Source: a virus
Virus record (IMG/VR): IMGVR_UViG_3300044568_003939
Direction: 5' to 3' (one strand)
Length of the DNA: 64,000 nt
Shown piece after piece: positions 31,291 to 41,147 of the stretch; position 1 is the stretch's first letter, and every line of letters starts with the position of its first letter. Made by a program: the position numbers and the translations under genes. The notes beneath the pieces were generated by a model. It was not told the DNA's origin. It saw only the letters and a list, made by a program, of their open reading frames with translations, and ran no database searches.

Positions 31291-32214
31291 ATGTGCTGCA
31301 TTGCTGTTAAATACATCAAGAACTATGGTTGGGTTGGCGCTAAGAATCGTGACCGCAATTATAAAACCGAAATAGAAATTGTTAACTCCAACAGAGAAAA
31401 CATTCAACGGCTATACATTGATGATCAGACTACACGATGGACTGAAGGTATCAATGAATATGGTGTAGCAATTATTAGTGCTTCTTTTAGTGTCAAGAGT
31501 GACGAAAAAGAAGGTGGCAAGGTATTAGCTAAGAAAGGTAAAAACAGTAAAAAGAAAGCAATGGTATCGCCAGACGGCCTTGCTATTCGCAATTCTTTAC
31601 TATGTAAGGATCCTAAGAGCGCAGCAAAGATGCTGATTGAAAAGGAACTTGCTGGTGCAACCTTTATTTTTAATAGCGACAAATGCTATCTTCTTGAAGG
31701 TGGTTTTACTGTTAAAAAAGCAGACAGCACCGACAAGAAGCCACGTAAATATATTTACAACCTAAAGGAAATTACCAAAGATGATAATCATTGTGTGCGT
31801 ACTAACCACGGCATTGATCTTACACAGCTGGGATATAGTGCAAATGCGACGGACCCAAAAATCATCCAATCGAGACAAAGCAGTGAAGAGAGATGGAAAA
31901 TAATCAACAACTACCTGCGTGATGTTGAGATTAACAATCCCGTTGACTTTCTTGAGGCAATGAGTCAAAAGCCTAATGATGATCCATTCATGAACCCAGT
32001 GCGTATGGGCGACCCAGGTAAAGGTGATATGGTTACAACTGGTCAGTTGCTTATTACTTGTAAAGAGCGCACACTACACTATCGCCCAATTTATAGCAGC
32101 GTACATTTTAGTTATGACAAACTAAATGGTCAAACTGCAAAGACTTTCTTTGAGATTATTAGTTCAAGAAAATTGCTTTCTTTTAAAGAATTTTCCTCTA
32201 ATAAGAATAAATAG
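31291..32214 (+). CDS. Ntn-hydrolase-like protein (N-terminal Cys), late
   Basis: MCCIA...AKNRDR, EGINEYG and RTNHG motifs; late promoter at 31266. Confidence 0.65.
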   Translation: MCCIAVKYIKNYGWVGAKNRDRNYKTEIEIVNSNRENIQRLYIDDQTTRWTEGINEYGVAIISASFSVKSDEKEGGKVLAKKGKNSKKKAMVSPDGLAIRNSLLCKDPKSAAKMLIEKELAGATFIFNSDKCYLLEGGFTVKKADSTDKKPRKYIYNLKEITKDDNHCVRTNHGIDLTQLGYSANATDPKIIQSRQSSEERWKIINNYLRDVEINNPVDFLEAMSQKPNDDPFMNPVRMGDPGKGDMVTTGQLLITCKERTLHYRPIYSSVHFSYDKLNGQTAKTFFEIISSRKLLSFKEFSSNKNK

Positions 32215-32215
32215 A

Positions 32216-32307
32216 TTTGTGGCGAGGTTGGCCACAAAGGTGAATGCCGTTTCGGGTTCATCTACAACATAAACCAAAAACTTGCTTAATAAGGAGTTAA
32301 AAAACAT
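32216..32307 (+). promoter_or_regulatory. structured 5' UTR with ROSE-like RNA thermometer
   Basis: Two upstream hairpins, then CTTGCTT-AAT-AAGGAG (32281-32296), which pairs UUGCU with the SD leaving a bulged G. Confidence 0.6.
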
Positions 32308-32709
32308 ATGAAAATAAATACATTGTCCCCTTGGGGAATTGGGTTTGATCGAGTCTTTGCTGACTTCGATGTCGCGTTTAAGGAAAATACAAATGTATAC
32401 CCACCGCATAATGTGGTCAAGCTTGACGATGATTCGTTCTTGGTCGAACTTGCGGTTGCTGGATTCTCTGCTGAGGATCTTACCATTGAGACTGCTGAAA
32501 ATTCGCTAGTGATTACCGGTGAACATGCAGTTGAAGATGAGCGGGAATACGCACACAAAGGTATCAGCGCACGCAAGTTTACGCGCCGCTTTACTTTAGC
32601 AGAACATGTTAAAGTCGGTGAAGCATCACTTGTGAATGGTATCTTAATCATCGCTCTTGAGCGAGTCATTCCTGACGAGAAAAAGCCACGCATCATTGCT
32701 ATCAAGTAA
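32308..32709 (+). CDS. small heat-shock protein Hsp20 (IbpA-like)
   Basis: YPPHNV, ELAVAGF, HKGISARKFTRRFTL and NGILII motifs. Confidence 0.95.
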   Translation: MKINTLSPWGIGFDRVFADFDVAFKENTNVYPPHNVVKLDDDSFLVELAVAGFSAEDLTIETAENSLVITGEHAVEDEREYAHKGISARKFTRRFTLAEHVKVGEASLVNGILIIALERVIPDEKKPRIIAIK

Positions 32710-32726
32710 AGCAATAAAATAAATCC

Positions 32727-32774
32727 AAATCGGCCCAGTTTGTAGTTTACATCTGGGCCGATTTAGTTTATAAT
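32727..32774 (+). promoter_or_regulatory. terminator-like inverted repeat overlapping the gene 43 promoter
   Basis: AAATCGGCCCAG...CTGGGCCGATTT encloses TTTACA (32746); TATAAT at 32769. Confidence 0.7.
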
Positions 32775-32782
32775 AACATATA

Positions 32783-35344
32783 ATGATTAATGGATTCTAT
32801 ACTTGCATTGACCGCCATATGAACAGCCTGCGCTATCGCGGCTATGATGACGAAGGTAAAAAGGTTTACAATAGTTACAAATTCCGTCCAGTAATGTATC
32901 TGGAAAGTAAGGATAAAGCTGCAAAGTGGCGCAGCCTTGAAGGTCTCCCACTTGAGCCGATGAGATTTGATAGTATGAGTGAGTGCCGCGAGTTTGCAAA
33001 AAGCTATGAAGGCGTTCCCAACTTTAAGATCTATGGAAATGATCGGCATATTCCTGCATTTATTCAAGCAGAGTTTCCCAATGAAATTGTGTATGATCGC
33101 CGCCTTATTGACATTGCATACATTGATATTGAGACTGCCTACGGTGTAATCCCAGGCGTAACAACCACAAGTTTCCCTGAGCCTAGTGAGGCACGTCATA
33201 GTGTATTGACCATTGCACTAAAAAGCAGCAGAGCTGAGCAATACATTGTGTGGGGACTAAAGGATTATGACGTCAGCGCTAGCAGCAGCCCACATCTTAA
33301 AAAGGAGTATCGTCAATTTGAAACTGAATCCGAAATGCTGCTAGACTTTATCGGCTGGTGGAGCGATACTCTTAATACCCCTGATGTAATTACTGGTTGG
33401 AATACCACACTCTTTGATGTTCCTTATCTTGTGAATCGTATCAGTAGAGTATTGGGTAGTGATGAAGCTAGCAAGCTGAGCCCATGGCGCAAGATTGAGC
33501 AAAAGACGGTTACCGTAAAAGGCCGTGAGAATACTCTTTATAACATCGCCGGCATTCAGCAACTTGACTATATGGACTTGTTCCAAAAGTTTACGCTCAA
33601 CACCTATGGCAAGCAGGAAAGCTACAAGTTGGACAACATTGCTGAAGTAGTGCTGGGTCAAAACAAGTTGGACTATGGCGAAGAAGGCACGCTAGCCAAA
33701 CTGTATGAGCGGGACTTCCAAAAGTTTGTTGACTATAACATTGTTGACGTTGAACTTATTGAGCGCTTTGAAGCTAAGCTGGGATTGATTAACCTTGTGT
33801 TTACCCTTGCATATTTTGGCGGTGTCAACTATAGTGATACATTGGGTACGGTTGCTATCTGGGATAGCATCATCTTCCGTCGCCTTGCATTAAAAAAGAT
33901 TGCGGTACCGCCAAGTCGCCCAAGTCAAAAGGTTAGCTACCCAGGCGGCTTTGTTAAGGAAGTGGTGCCGGGCATGTATGATTGGGTTATGAGTTTTGAC
34001 CTTAACAGTCTTTATCCCAACATCATTATTCAATACAACATGAGCCCTGAAACACTTGTGCGGCACATGCATCTGCCAAGTATGAATCCTGACGTTGTAT
34101 TGGCCAACAAGCAACATATCAGTCCTGAGGAGAATCTTGCGGTTGCTGCAAACGGCGCATGCTTTCGTCGTGATAAGCAAGGGTTTCTGCCTGAGATTAT
34201 TGAGGAGCTATACAATCGTCGTGTTGGCATCAAAGCTGAAATGATTCGCAAGAAGAAGGAAAAGGAAACCATCAACTCTAAGACTGACGCCCGAAAGTAT
34301 AAGAGTATTGATATTGAAGTTGAGCGTCTTGAGACCGAACAAATGTGTATAAAAATCCTTATGAACTCACTTTATGGGGCTTTGGGAAATTCTTACTTTA
34401 GATATTTTGATATTGCAGTTGCTGAAGGTATTACTCTTACTGGTCAGTTGGTTATTCGTTGGGCTGAAGAGCATGCTAATGTTTGGCTTAGCAAATTCCT
34501 TAAGGATGACGGTGTTGTGGATCGAGTTATTGCAGCTGACACAGACAGTTTGTATATTCACGTAAAAGATGTGATTGAAAAGTTTAAGCCCAACAATCCA
34601 GTTGCATTCCTTGATGAATTTGGAAGCAAGGCCGTTGAGCCGATGCTTAAGAAAGCGTTTGATAGCCTTGCCGATCTTACTAATGTTTATAAACCTGCAA
34701 TGGTTATGAAGCGGGAGGCTATTGCTGACCGTGGAATCTGGACTGCTAAGAAGCGATACATTCTTAATATTCACAACAATGAAGGAGTGCAGTATACCGA
34801 ACCAAAAATCAAAATGATGGGTATCGAAGCAATCAAAAGCAGTACTCCTAAAGTATGCCGCGGCGCATTCAAGGAAATCTTTAAGATTATTATCAATGAG
34901 GATGAAGCTAAGACCCAAGCTGCAATCGCAATGTTTCGTGCGCATTTTGCAACCATTCCAATCGAACAGGTTGCCTTCCCTCGAGGTATTACCGATATTG
35001 TAAAGTGGCGCGATAAACAAACCATCTATAAGAAAGGTACGCCGATGCATGTGCGTGCTGCTCTAATGTATAATCATATGCTTAAGCAGAAAGGATTGAC
35101 TGATACATATCAACCAATTCAAAGCGGTGACCGTATCAAATACATTCCACTCAAGTTGCCTAACCCAACAGCTGAAAATGTTATTGGATTTGTGGATAAG
35201 CTCCCAGCTGAATTTGATATGAACAGATATGTCAATTATGATCATCAGTTCAACAAGACTTTCATTGAACCACTTGAACTTATTCTTGATGCAATTGGCT
35301 GGAGCGCAGAACCGCGTGCAAGTCTAGAAGATTTCTTTAACTGA
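32783..35344 (+). CDS. 43: family B DNA polymerase gp43
   Basis: DIET, SFDLNSLYP, KILMNSLYGALGN and DTDS motifs; C-terminal clamp-binding SLEDFF. Confidence 0.98.
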   Translation: MINGFYTCIDRHMNSLRYRGYDDEGKKVYNSYKFRPVMYLESKDKAAKWRSLEGLPLEPMRFDSMSECREFAKSYEGVPNFKIYGNDRHIPAFIQAEFPNEIVYDRRLIDIAYIDIETAYGVIPGVTTTSFPEPSEARHSVLTIALKSSRAEQYIVWGLKDYDVSASSSPHLKKEYRQFETESEMLLDFIGWWSDTLNTPDVITGWNTTLFDVPYLVNRISRVLGSDEASKLSPWRKIEQKTVTVKGRENTLYNIAGIQQLDYMDLFQKFTLNTYGKQESYKLDNIAEVVLGQNKLDYGEEGTLAKLYERDFQKFVDYNIVDVELIERFEAKLGLINLVFTLAYFGGVNYSDTLGTVAIWDSIIFRRLALKKIAVPPSRPSQKVSYPGGFVKEVVPGMYDWVMSFDLNSLYPNIIIQYNMSPETLVRHMHLPSMNPDVVLANKQHISPEENLAVAANGACFRRDKQGFLPEIIEELYNRRVGIKAEMIRKKKEKETINSKTDARKYKSIDIEVERLETEQMCIKILMNSLYGALGNSYFRYFDIAVAEGITLTGQLVIRWAEEHANVWLSKFLKDDGVVDRVIAADTDSLYIHVKDVIEKFKPNNPVAFLDEFGSKAVEPMLKKAFDSLADLTNVYKPAMVMKREAIADRGIWTAKKRYILNIHNNEGVQYTEPKIKMMGIEAIKSSTPKVCRGAFKEIFKIIINEDEAKTQAAIAMFRAHFATIPIEQVAFPRGITDIVKWRDKQTIYKKGTPMHVRAALMYNHMLKQKGLTDTYQPIQSGDRIKYIPLKLPNPTAENVIGFVDKLPAEFDMNRYVNYDHQFNKTFIEPLELILDAIGWSAEPRASLEDFFN

Positions 35345-35355
35345 TAAATTACTAT

Positions 35356-35871
35356 ATGAATACAGCAACAAACAGACAAGATGGACATATGAAAAAACAA
35401 GCCGCGCACCGTTGGCAACAAATAAAAGAATTGTGGGACTGTGGTAAAAATGTTGAAGAAGATGTTAGCACCGATATGCATATGATGCATCAGTATTATG
35501 GAGTCAACGATGCAGTTGAAAACTTATCAGCTGATAATCTAACCAGCTTTATCAAATTCCGTTATGACTTTTTGCAAGAAGAAGTAAATGAAGGCAAGGC
35601 TGCAATCATTGAGCGCAACAGCGAAGAAATTGTTGACAGCCTGATAGATATTATTGTTGTAGCGGCTGGTACACTAGACTTGCTTCAAGTTGATTTTCAA
35701 AAAGCCTGGTTTGAAGTGCTGCAAGCAAACATGGCTAAGCGCGTTGGAATTAAAGAGAGCAGACCAAACCCACTTTCATTACCAGATTTAGTCAAACCCG
35801 AAAATTGGACCGCTCCAGATCATACAGGCAATCATGGACTTATCCAAAAAGCATTTGCTGATCACGCATGA
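35356..35871 (+). CDS. MazG-like (all-alpha) NTP pyrophosphohydrolase
   Basis: FLQEEVNE...EEIVDSLIDII, ANMAK and LPDLVKPENW motifs. Confidence 0.75.
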   Translation: MNTATNRQDGHMKKQAAHRWQQIKELWDCGKNVEEDVSTDMHMMHQYYGVNDAVENLSADNLTSFIKFRYDFLQEEVNEGKAAIIERNSEEIVDSLIDIIVVAAGTLDLLQVDFQKAWFEVLQANMAKRVGIKESRPNPLSLPDLVKPENWTAPDHTGNHGLIQKAFADHA

Positions 35872-36809
35872 AGTATAGTCTGACCATCTTTAAAAGTATC
35901 TATGACAACAAGACACACCGTCAATTGTCATTTAATACATGGGACGCATTTGAAAGATTGCTATACAAGTTGAGCGATCAACCTGGATACAAGCCGAAGA
36001 AGGATGAGCGTAAAGATGGCAGTGCACTTATTAGTCCAGCGATATTTACGGCTGGCACTACTCGAGCAAATGCTAATGTAACAGCGTGGGCTGGTTGGGC
36101 GGCACTTGATGTTGACACATATGAAGGCCATTGGATGGATGCAATAAGTGTATTTAGAGATGTGCGATATGTATGTTACAGCTCTGCCAGCTCAACAGAC
36201 GAGCATCCAAAGTTTAGAGTGGTATTGCCTCTTACATGTGAAGTGCCGGCGGATCGCATACGTCACCTTTGGTATGCTTTAAATAAAGAGTATAATGGAT
36301 TGGGTGATCCTCAAACCAAAGACTTAAGCCGAATGTATTATGTGCCAGCGCTTTATCCAAACTCTAAAAAGTTTATCTTTAGTAATCGTGAAGCACCAAT
36401 GATTGATCCTTATGAGATTATGGCAAAGCATCCATGGACTGGTAACCTTCAGCGCCTATCATTGTCTGATAAACTACCTGAAGAAATGCGTCGTAAGATT
36501 GAGCAATACCGCAAAGAAAAGTTAATCAACACATCATACAAGTGGACTTCATATGCCGATTGCCCATTTGTCAACAAGCGAATGGTTGCAGAGTATCGTA
36601 CCATCCAAGCTGGCGGCTGGTATCATATGATGTATAAGATTATGATGAGTATTGCCGCAAATGCAATGAAGCGAGGTTATCCTATTACATCAGCTGAAGT
36701 TGCACGCCTGTGTAAAGATATAGACAATGATACTGGCGGCTGGTATAAGAACCGACCAATGGAAAATGAAAGTGCGAGAGCAATTGATTTTGCTGTAAGA
36801 AGCTTATAA
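35868..36809 (+). CDS. archaeo-eukaryotic primase (AEP)-like protein
   Basis: ALDVD, YSSASS, KFRVVLPL and DPQTKDLSRMYYVP motifs, plus a helical C-terminal domain. Confidence 0.65.
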   Translation: MKYSLTIFKSIYDNKTHRQLSFNTWDAFERLLYKLSDQPGYKPKKDERKDGSALISPAIFTAGTTRANANVTAWAGWAALDVDTYEGHWMDAISVFRDVRYVCYSSASSTDEHPKFRVVLPLTCEVPADRIRHLWYALNKEYNGLGDPQTKDLSRMYYVPALYPNSKKFIFSNREAPMIDPYEIMAKHPWTGNLQRLSLSDKLPEEMRRKIEQYRKEKLINTSYKWTSYADCPFVNKRMVAEYRTIQAGGWYHMMYKIMMSIAANAMKRGYPITSAEVARLCKDIDNDTGGWYKNRPMENESARAIDFAVRSL

Positions 36810-36817
36810 ATAAATGT

Positions 36818-37054
36818 ATGGCTAAAAAAAATATTATTACCGATCCTGATGTTGCAGAAGAAACTGTAGAAGTTGCAACTGACAAACCAACCGCTGTCAA
36901 GGCTGCTAAAACTCCTGCTGTCAAAACTGCTAAAACCGCAGCTCCTTCTCCTTCTCCTGAAGTTCCAGTAAAGCCTAAACTTTCAGCTGCTCAAATCAAG
37001 GCTTTACTGAAGGACTATAGTAAAGTTACGCTCAAGGCCCGTGGAATCATCTGA
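36818..37054 (+). CDS. small Lys/Ala/Pro-rich late protein
   Basis: Late promoter at 36805-36812; low-complexity sequence. Confidence 0.6.
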   Translation: MAKKNIITDPDVAEETVEVATDKPTAVKAAKTPAVKTAKTAAPSPSPEVPVKPKLSAAQIKALLKDYSKVTLKARGII

Positions 37055-37070
37055 TTCTCCTAAAACTGCC

Positions 37071-37115
37071 AAAAATCCTCGGAATCTGCAAAATCTTGTA
37101 GACCGAGGATTTTTT
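37071..37115 (+). terminator. terminator hairpin
   Basis: AAAAATCCTCGG...CCGAGGATTTTT. Confidence 0.8.
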
Positions 37116-37122
37116 ATGCCTC

Positions 37123-37236
37123 CGTAACTGGTTGAAAATCAACAAAAATGCAAAAATATGCATTTTTACTGAAAAAAGTCCTTTACAAGTGGGATTTTTT
37201 AGTGTATAATAATCTTGTAAGGCAAACCACCACATT
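37123..37236 (+). promoter_or_regulatory. promoter cassette copy
   Basis: CGTAACTGGTTGAAAATCAA; TTTACA 37182; TATAAT 37205; GTAAGGCAAACCACCACATT. Confidence 0.85.
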
Positions 37237-37437
37237 ATGAAAAATACTTCCACTCCTGCTCTCGCCGCCCGTAAGAATCTGATCGCCCAAATCGCTAAGC
37301 GCCACGCGGCTGAAGCCGAATTTGTCAAAAGCGTTGCAGTCAAGGAAAGCACCGATACTGAAAGCGAATATCAAAGCGTCATTACCGAAGAATTTGACCG
37401 CCTTCAAAAAGCAAGCATCAACACCGCTGGTTTTTAA
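37237..37437 (+). CDS. small early hypothetical protein
   Basis: First ORF behind a cassette promoter. Confidence 0.65.
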   Translation: MKNTSTPALAARKNLIAQIAKRHAAEAEFVKSVAVKESTDTESEYQSVITEEFDRLQKASINTAGF

Positions 37438-37438
37438 T

Positions 37439-37573
37439 ATGAAAAAGAACAAAAGCCTCACCTTTGACTATAGCCCAATTGCACTGCGTTCGTTAGTTCG
37501 CCACAAAATTGCTCCAGCCACCGTTTACTTTAAAGACAGAAAAAAAGAAGGCTCAAAGAAAGCCTGCCGATAA
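37439..37573 (+). CDS. small basic protein
   Basis: ATG at 37439; MKKNKSL...FKDRKKEGSKKACR. Confidence 0.5.
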   Translation: MKKNKSLTFDYSPIALRSLVRHKIAPATVYFKDRKKEGSKKACR

Positions 37574-37583
37574 AAAATACATT

Positions 37584-37769
37584 ATGAAAATTGCACTACT
37601 TACAGCCATTGCTTCACTCTCGCACATTGGCGTTTATCTTCTCGTTCGTCAAGCTGACATTATTCCTCAAGAGTTGAATGTGTATGCATTGTGGGGCGCT
37701 CTTGCTCTCACCTTTGCTTTCAGTTTTACTGCCACTCTAAATCAAGCCGTGGTTAACGGCAACCGCTAA
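37584..37769 (+). CDS. small membrane protein
   Basis: CATT-ATG start context; two hydrophobic segments. Confidence 0.55.
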   Translation: MKIALLTAIASLSHIGVYLLVRQADIIPQELNVYALWGALALTFAFSFTATLNQAVVNGNR

Positions 37770-37786
37770 TCTCAACACACTATATT

Positions 37787-38119
37787 ATGACCGAAGATAC
37801 CAACCAATTGTTTGATGCCTATATTGACCAAAAATTTGGAGGACGCTTTCGCACCGAAGGATGCACTGGTGTTCGCAACCTTGAGCAGCTATGTGAAGGC
37901 CTAGGCTATCGCCATGGACAGTTTATTGGCCAACATTATATTGCCAACTTCCTTGCAGACAACCCAGGTGCAGTTGAGCTTCTTTTTGAGTTTATCCAAA
38001 ATGGAGTTGAACAAAGTGAGGAATGGCGAGAGAACCTTGACCTTGAGAGTTACTCAGAAGATGCCGTGCCGAGGATCGAATTTTCCGTAGATGATGATTG
38101 CATGAGCGCCGCTCAATAA
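37787..38119 (+). CDS. hypothetical protein
   Basis: ORF in the operon. Confidence 0.65.
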   Translation: MTEDTNQLFDAYIDQKFGGRFRTEGCTGVRNLEQLCEGLGYRHGQFIGQHYIANFLADNPGAVELLFEFIQNGVEQSEEWRENLDLESYSEDAVPRIEFSVDDDCMSAAQ

Positions 38120-38123
38120 CATT

Positions 38124-39308
38124 ATGAAAATTTTAAACAACATTTCAGTATTTGGAGACCCATTGCAAAATGCAGTGGATCAAATGGACAACTGCTTGTG
38201 CAAAGGTGCACATGCTGCTGCGCTGATGGCTGACCATCACTTAGGCTATGCTGTTCCTGTGGGCGGTGTGATTGCTTATCGTGACCACATCTCGCCAAGC
38301 GGCGTAGGTTTTGACATTGGCTGCGGCAACAAAGCAGTGCTAACCAACGCTACTCTTTCTGATGTGAAGGGTGATATTTCACGCATCATGGATGAAGTGG
38401 TGTCAAAAGTCTCGTTTGGTATTGGTCGTGTAAACAAAACCAAAGTTGACCATGCACTGTTTGATGCTGATCAGTGGGATGACATTGAAATGCTGCGTCC
38501 TCTTAAAGATATGGCTCGCGGTCAATTAGGCACCGTAGGCAGTGGCAACCATTATGTTGACATCTTTGCAGACGAAGCAGAGCGTATCTGGATTGGCGTT
38601 CACTTTGGCAGCCGCGGTCTTGGTCACAAAATTGCTTCGCACTACATCAAAGCTGGTGGTGGGACTGACGGAATCCTTGTGGATCCAGTGTTGCTTGATG
38701 TGCATACCGATCTTGGTCGTGAGTATATCGCTGCAATGCAACTTGCTGGCGATTATGCATATGCTGGTCGTGATTGGGTGTGTGCCGAAGTTGCACGTAT
38801 CCTGTGGGCTGACATCATTGATGAAGTTCACAATCACCACAATTATGCTTGGCGTGAACAGCACGCTGGTGTTGACTTATGGGTTGTTCGCAAAGGTGCA
38901 ACGCCAGCTTGGCCAGGGCAACGAGGATTTGTTGGCGGTACCATGGGAGAAAACAGTGTTATCTTGCAAGGAGCGCAAAGCGACTTGTCGGCGGCCGCAC
39001 TCTATTCAACCGTTCATGGTGCTGGTCGTGTTATGAGCCGCACTGAAGCCGCCGGCAAATGCAAATGGAAAGGTGGGCAAAAAGTTCGTGTCAGTGAAGG
39101 TAAAGTTTCACAGCACATGATGGACACTTGGCTAGCCGATGCAAATGTTGAGCTGCGTGGTGGAGGCTGTGATGAAAGTCCTCATGCTTACAAACGATTG
39201 ACCGATGTGTTGGCTGCTCAAGGAGATACTGTGCAAATCATACATCAGCTTAAGCCGTTAGGCGTTGCTATGGCAGGTGCCGATGTGTATGATCCTTACA
39301 AGGACTAA
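38124..39308 (+). CDS. rtcB: RtcB RNA ligase
   Basis: MADHHLGY, VGFDIGCG, LGTVGSGNHY, NHHNY, VRKGAT, HGAGRVMSR and DESPHAYK motifs. Confidence 0.96.
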   Translation: MKILNNISVFGDPLQNAVDQMDNCLCKGAHAAALMADHHLGYAVPVGGVIAYRDHISPSGVGFDIGCGNKAVLTNATLSDVKGDISRIMDEVVSKVSFGIGRVNKTKVDHALFDADQWDDIEMLRPLKDMARGQLGTVGSGNHYVDIFADEAERIWIGVHFGSRGLGHKIASHYIKAGGGTDGILVDPVLLDVHTDLGREYIAAMQLAGDYAYAGRDWVCAEVARILWADIIDEVHNHHNYAWREQHAGVDLWVVRKGATPAWPGQRGFVGGTMGENSVILQGAQSDLSAAALYSTVHGAGRVMSRTEAAGKCKWKGGQKVRVSEGKVSQHMMDTWLADANVELRGGGCDESPHAYKRLTDVLAAQGDTVQIIHQLKPLGVAMAGADVYDPYKD

Positions 39309-39344
39309 ACTGTTTGAAAAATAAACCGCTTAATATATAATACT

Positions 39345-40049
39345 ATGGGACTGTTCGACTATATACATTGTGAATATCCGCTGCCATCATGCCCACAGGC
39401 ATTGATTGATCGCTGGGGCAAAACTGTTGGAGACATTGCGTTTCAAACTAAAGATACACCAAATCAAGGGATGGCTTCATACACCATTACTGCAGATGGG
39501 TGCTTATTGGTTAACTGTAAGGAATATGAATGGGTAGACACTCCTGAAAATAAAGAAGATGATGCAACACCATTGCAGGCATTTTGGAATCTCGGCTACA
39601 ATAAAGTTGTTCGCGAATGGACAGAACAGTGTCTTCACTTTAACGGAGTGGTTCATTTTTATGACAGTTATCCTCATGCTGATAAAAAAACTGGTGATGA
39701 CTATCAACAAGATATGTTTGCGGATGGTTGGGTTGAATATAAATCATTGTTTCAAAATGGGCAACTGATTCAAATTTCGCAGAGCGAACATACACTACCA
39801 GTCAAATATACACAACAGGAAATTGAGGATCGCCGTACCGCGAGAGAAGCGGCCATGGCTGAAAATCGCGCGCGATGTCATGAAATGCGTCATAAAAATC
39901 CAAATGCTGAGCAGCGTCTTATTGACAACATCGAAGCAGTACTGATTGAAGATCAACCCGTTTTTGGCATTGAAGATCTTGCAATCAAACTATCTAAAAC
40001 TCAAACTCTCATAAATGAATATAGAAAAAAATATGACCACTGGTACTGA
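39345..40049 (+). CDS. hypothetical protein
   Basis: MGLFDYI..EYPLP...FQTKD pattern of the kind seen in phage hypothetical proteins. Confidence 0.65.
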   Translation: MGLFDYIHCEYPLPSCPQALIDRWGKTVGDIAFQTKDTPNQGMASYTITADGCLLVNCKEYEWVDTPENKEDDATPLQAFWNLGYNKVVREWTEQCLHFNGVVHFYDSYPHADKKTGDDYQQDMFADGWVEYKSLFQNGQLIQISQSEHTLPVKYTQQEIEDRRTAREAAMAENRARCHEMRHKNPNAEQRLIDNIEAVLIEDQPVFGIEDLAIKLSKTQTLINEYRKKYDHWY

Positions 40050-40162
40050 AGAAACAACTAAACAAGAATTGTATACTTTCCGAGGCAAAACTTTTTATAG
40101 TGATGCTCGGACTATTAAACAATTAAATTATGCACTTGCATTGAACAGATTAACTGAAAGAT

Positions 40163-40378
40163 ATGAAAAAGTTAACACAAGAACAGATAGCGAAGATTGA
40201 AACTGCGCGCAGCGCAATAAGCGATTTAAACAAACTTCAAGAAACCGTATACTCTACTCTATGTGAAGAGTGTGATCTTGATGAAGACAACTCATGGCTT
40301 TTTGATTACATTTTTAATAGCTATGAACACGAAGATTCTTATTCTCAAATGGTAAAGGAAAACCTTTATGGCAAGTAA
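40163..40378 (+). CDS. hypothetical protein
   Basis: Overlap-coupled small ORF. Confidence 0.55.
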   Translation: MKKLTQEQIAKIETARSAISDLNKLQETVYSTLCEECDLDEDNSWLFDYIFNSYEHEDSYSQMVKENLYGK

Positions 40379-40574
40379 GAATGATATAACAGGTGCTGAA
40401 ATTAAGAGCGGCATTCTCAGTAGTGAAGGGCGTTCCAATTGGGATAAAGCTTTCAGTAAGAAAAGCGTAGCCGACTGGTTACACTATGAGGAAAATGTGA
40501 CAGTGATTGTTGCAAGCGATATTCCAATATCATATAAGGAATTTTGTGAGCTATTAAATAAAAACACAATATGA
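40368..40574 (+). CDS. hypothetical protein
   Basis: MASKNDITG.EIKS start; overlap-coupled. Confidence 0.6.
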   Translation: MASKNDITGAEIKSGILSSEGRSNWDKAFSKKSVADWLHYEENVTVIVASDIPISYKEFCELLNKNTI

Positions 40575-40762
40575 ATTTAGAAAACGAAAAAAAGACACTT
40601 AAAGAATGGAAACGTGAATATGGTTTGGCCGATCAAGATGTATTGACCAATCCATTGCTTGAGGAAATTGAATCGCCAACCAGTGAAAAAATGACGCGTG
40701 AATTCTTTGAGCAGGTATACAATATATTTGGTACACAAGCAAATGGCTCTTACCTCATATAA
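40571..40762 (+). CDS. hypothetical protein
   Basis: Overlap-coupled small ORF. Confidence 0.5.
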   Translation: MNLENEKKTLKEWKREYGLADQDVLTNPLLEEIESPTSEKMTREFFEQVYNIFGTQANGSYLI

Positions 40763-41147
40763 CCTTTTTCTTGACGACTTGCGCAATCCTGAGGCCGCAT
40801 ATCTTTATGATGACAAATGCAAGCTGACGGACAAGAGTGGCATAGCAGCTGACAATTGGGTAGTTGTTCGCGACTATTCAGAATTTTGTTTGATGGTCAA
40901 ACATATGATTCCGAAGACAGTGTCATTTGACCATGACCTGCATGAAGAACACATCATTCATTACTTTAGCGTCACACAGCAAACTGGAGTTATTGAATAT
41001 GGCAATCTTAAGAACCTGACTGGTCGCGCATGTGCTCAATACTTAGTGCAACAATGTGAAGCTGCTGGTGTGCAGTTACCAAAGTGTTATATTCACAGTG
41101 CTAACGAATGGGGTCGTAAAGAAATTGCAAAAGCATTAACAGAATGA
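40743..41147 (+). CDS. cyclic-phosphate-processing receiver-like domain protein
   Basis: LFLDDLR.P, WVVVRDY.EF, SFDHDL, TG..CA and HSAN..GR motifs. Confidence 0.7.
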   Translation: MALTSYNLFLDDLRNPEAAYLYDDKCKLTDKSGIAADNWVVVRDYSEFCLMVKHMIPKTVSFDHDLHEEHIIHYFSVTQQTGVIEYGNLKNLTGRACAQYLVQQCEAAGVQLPKCYIHSANEWGRKEIAKALTE

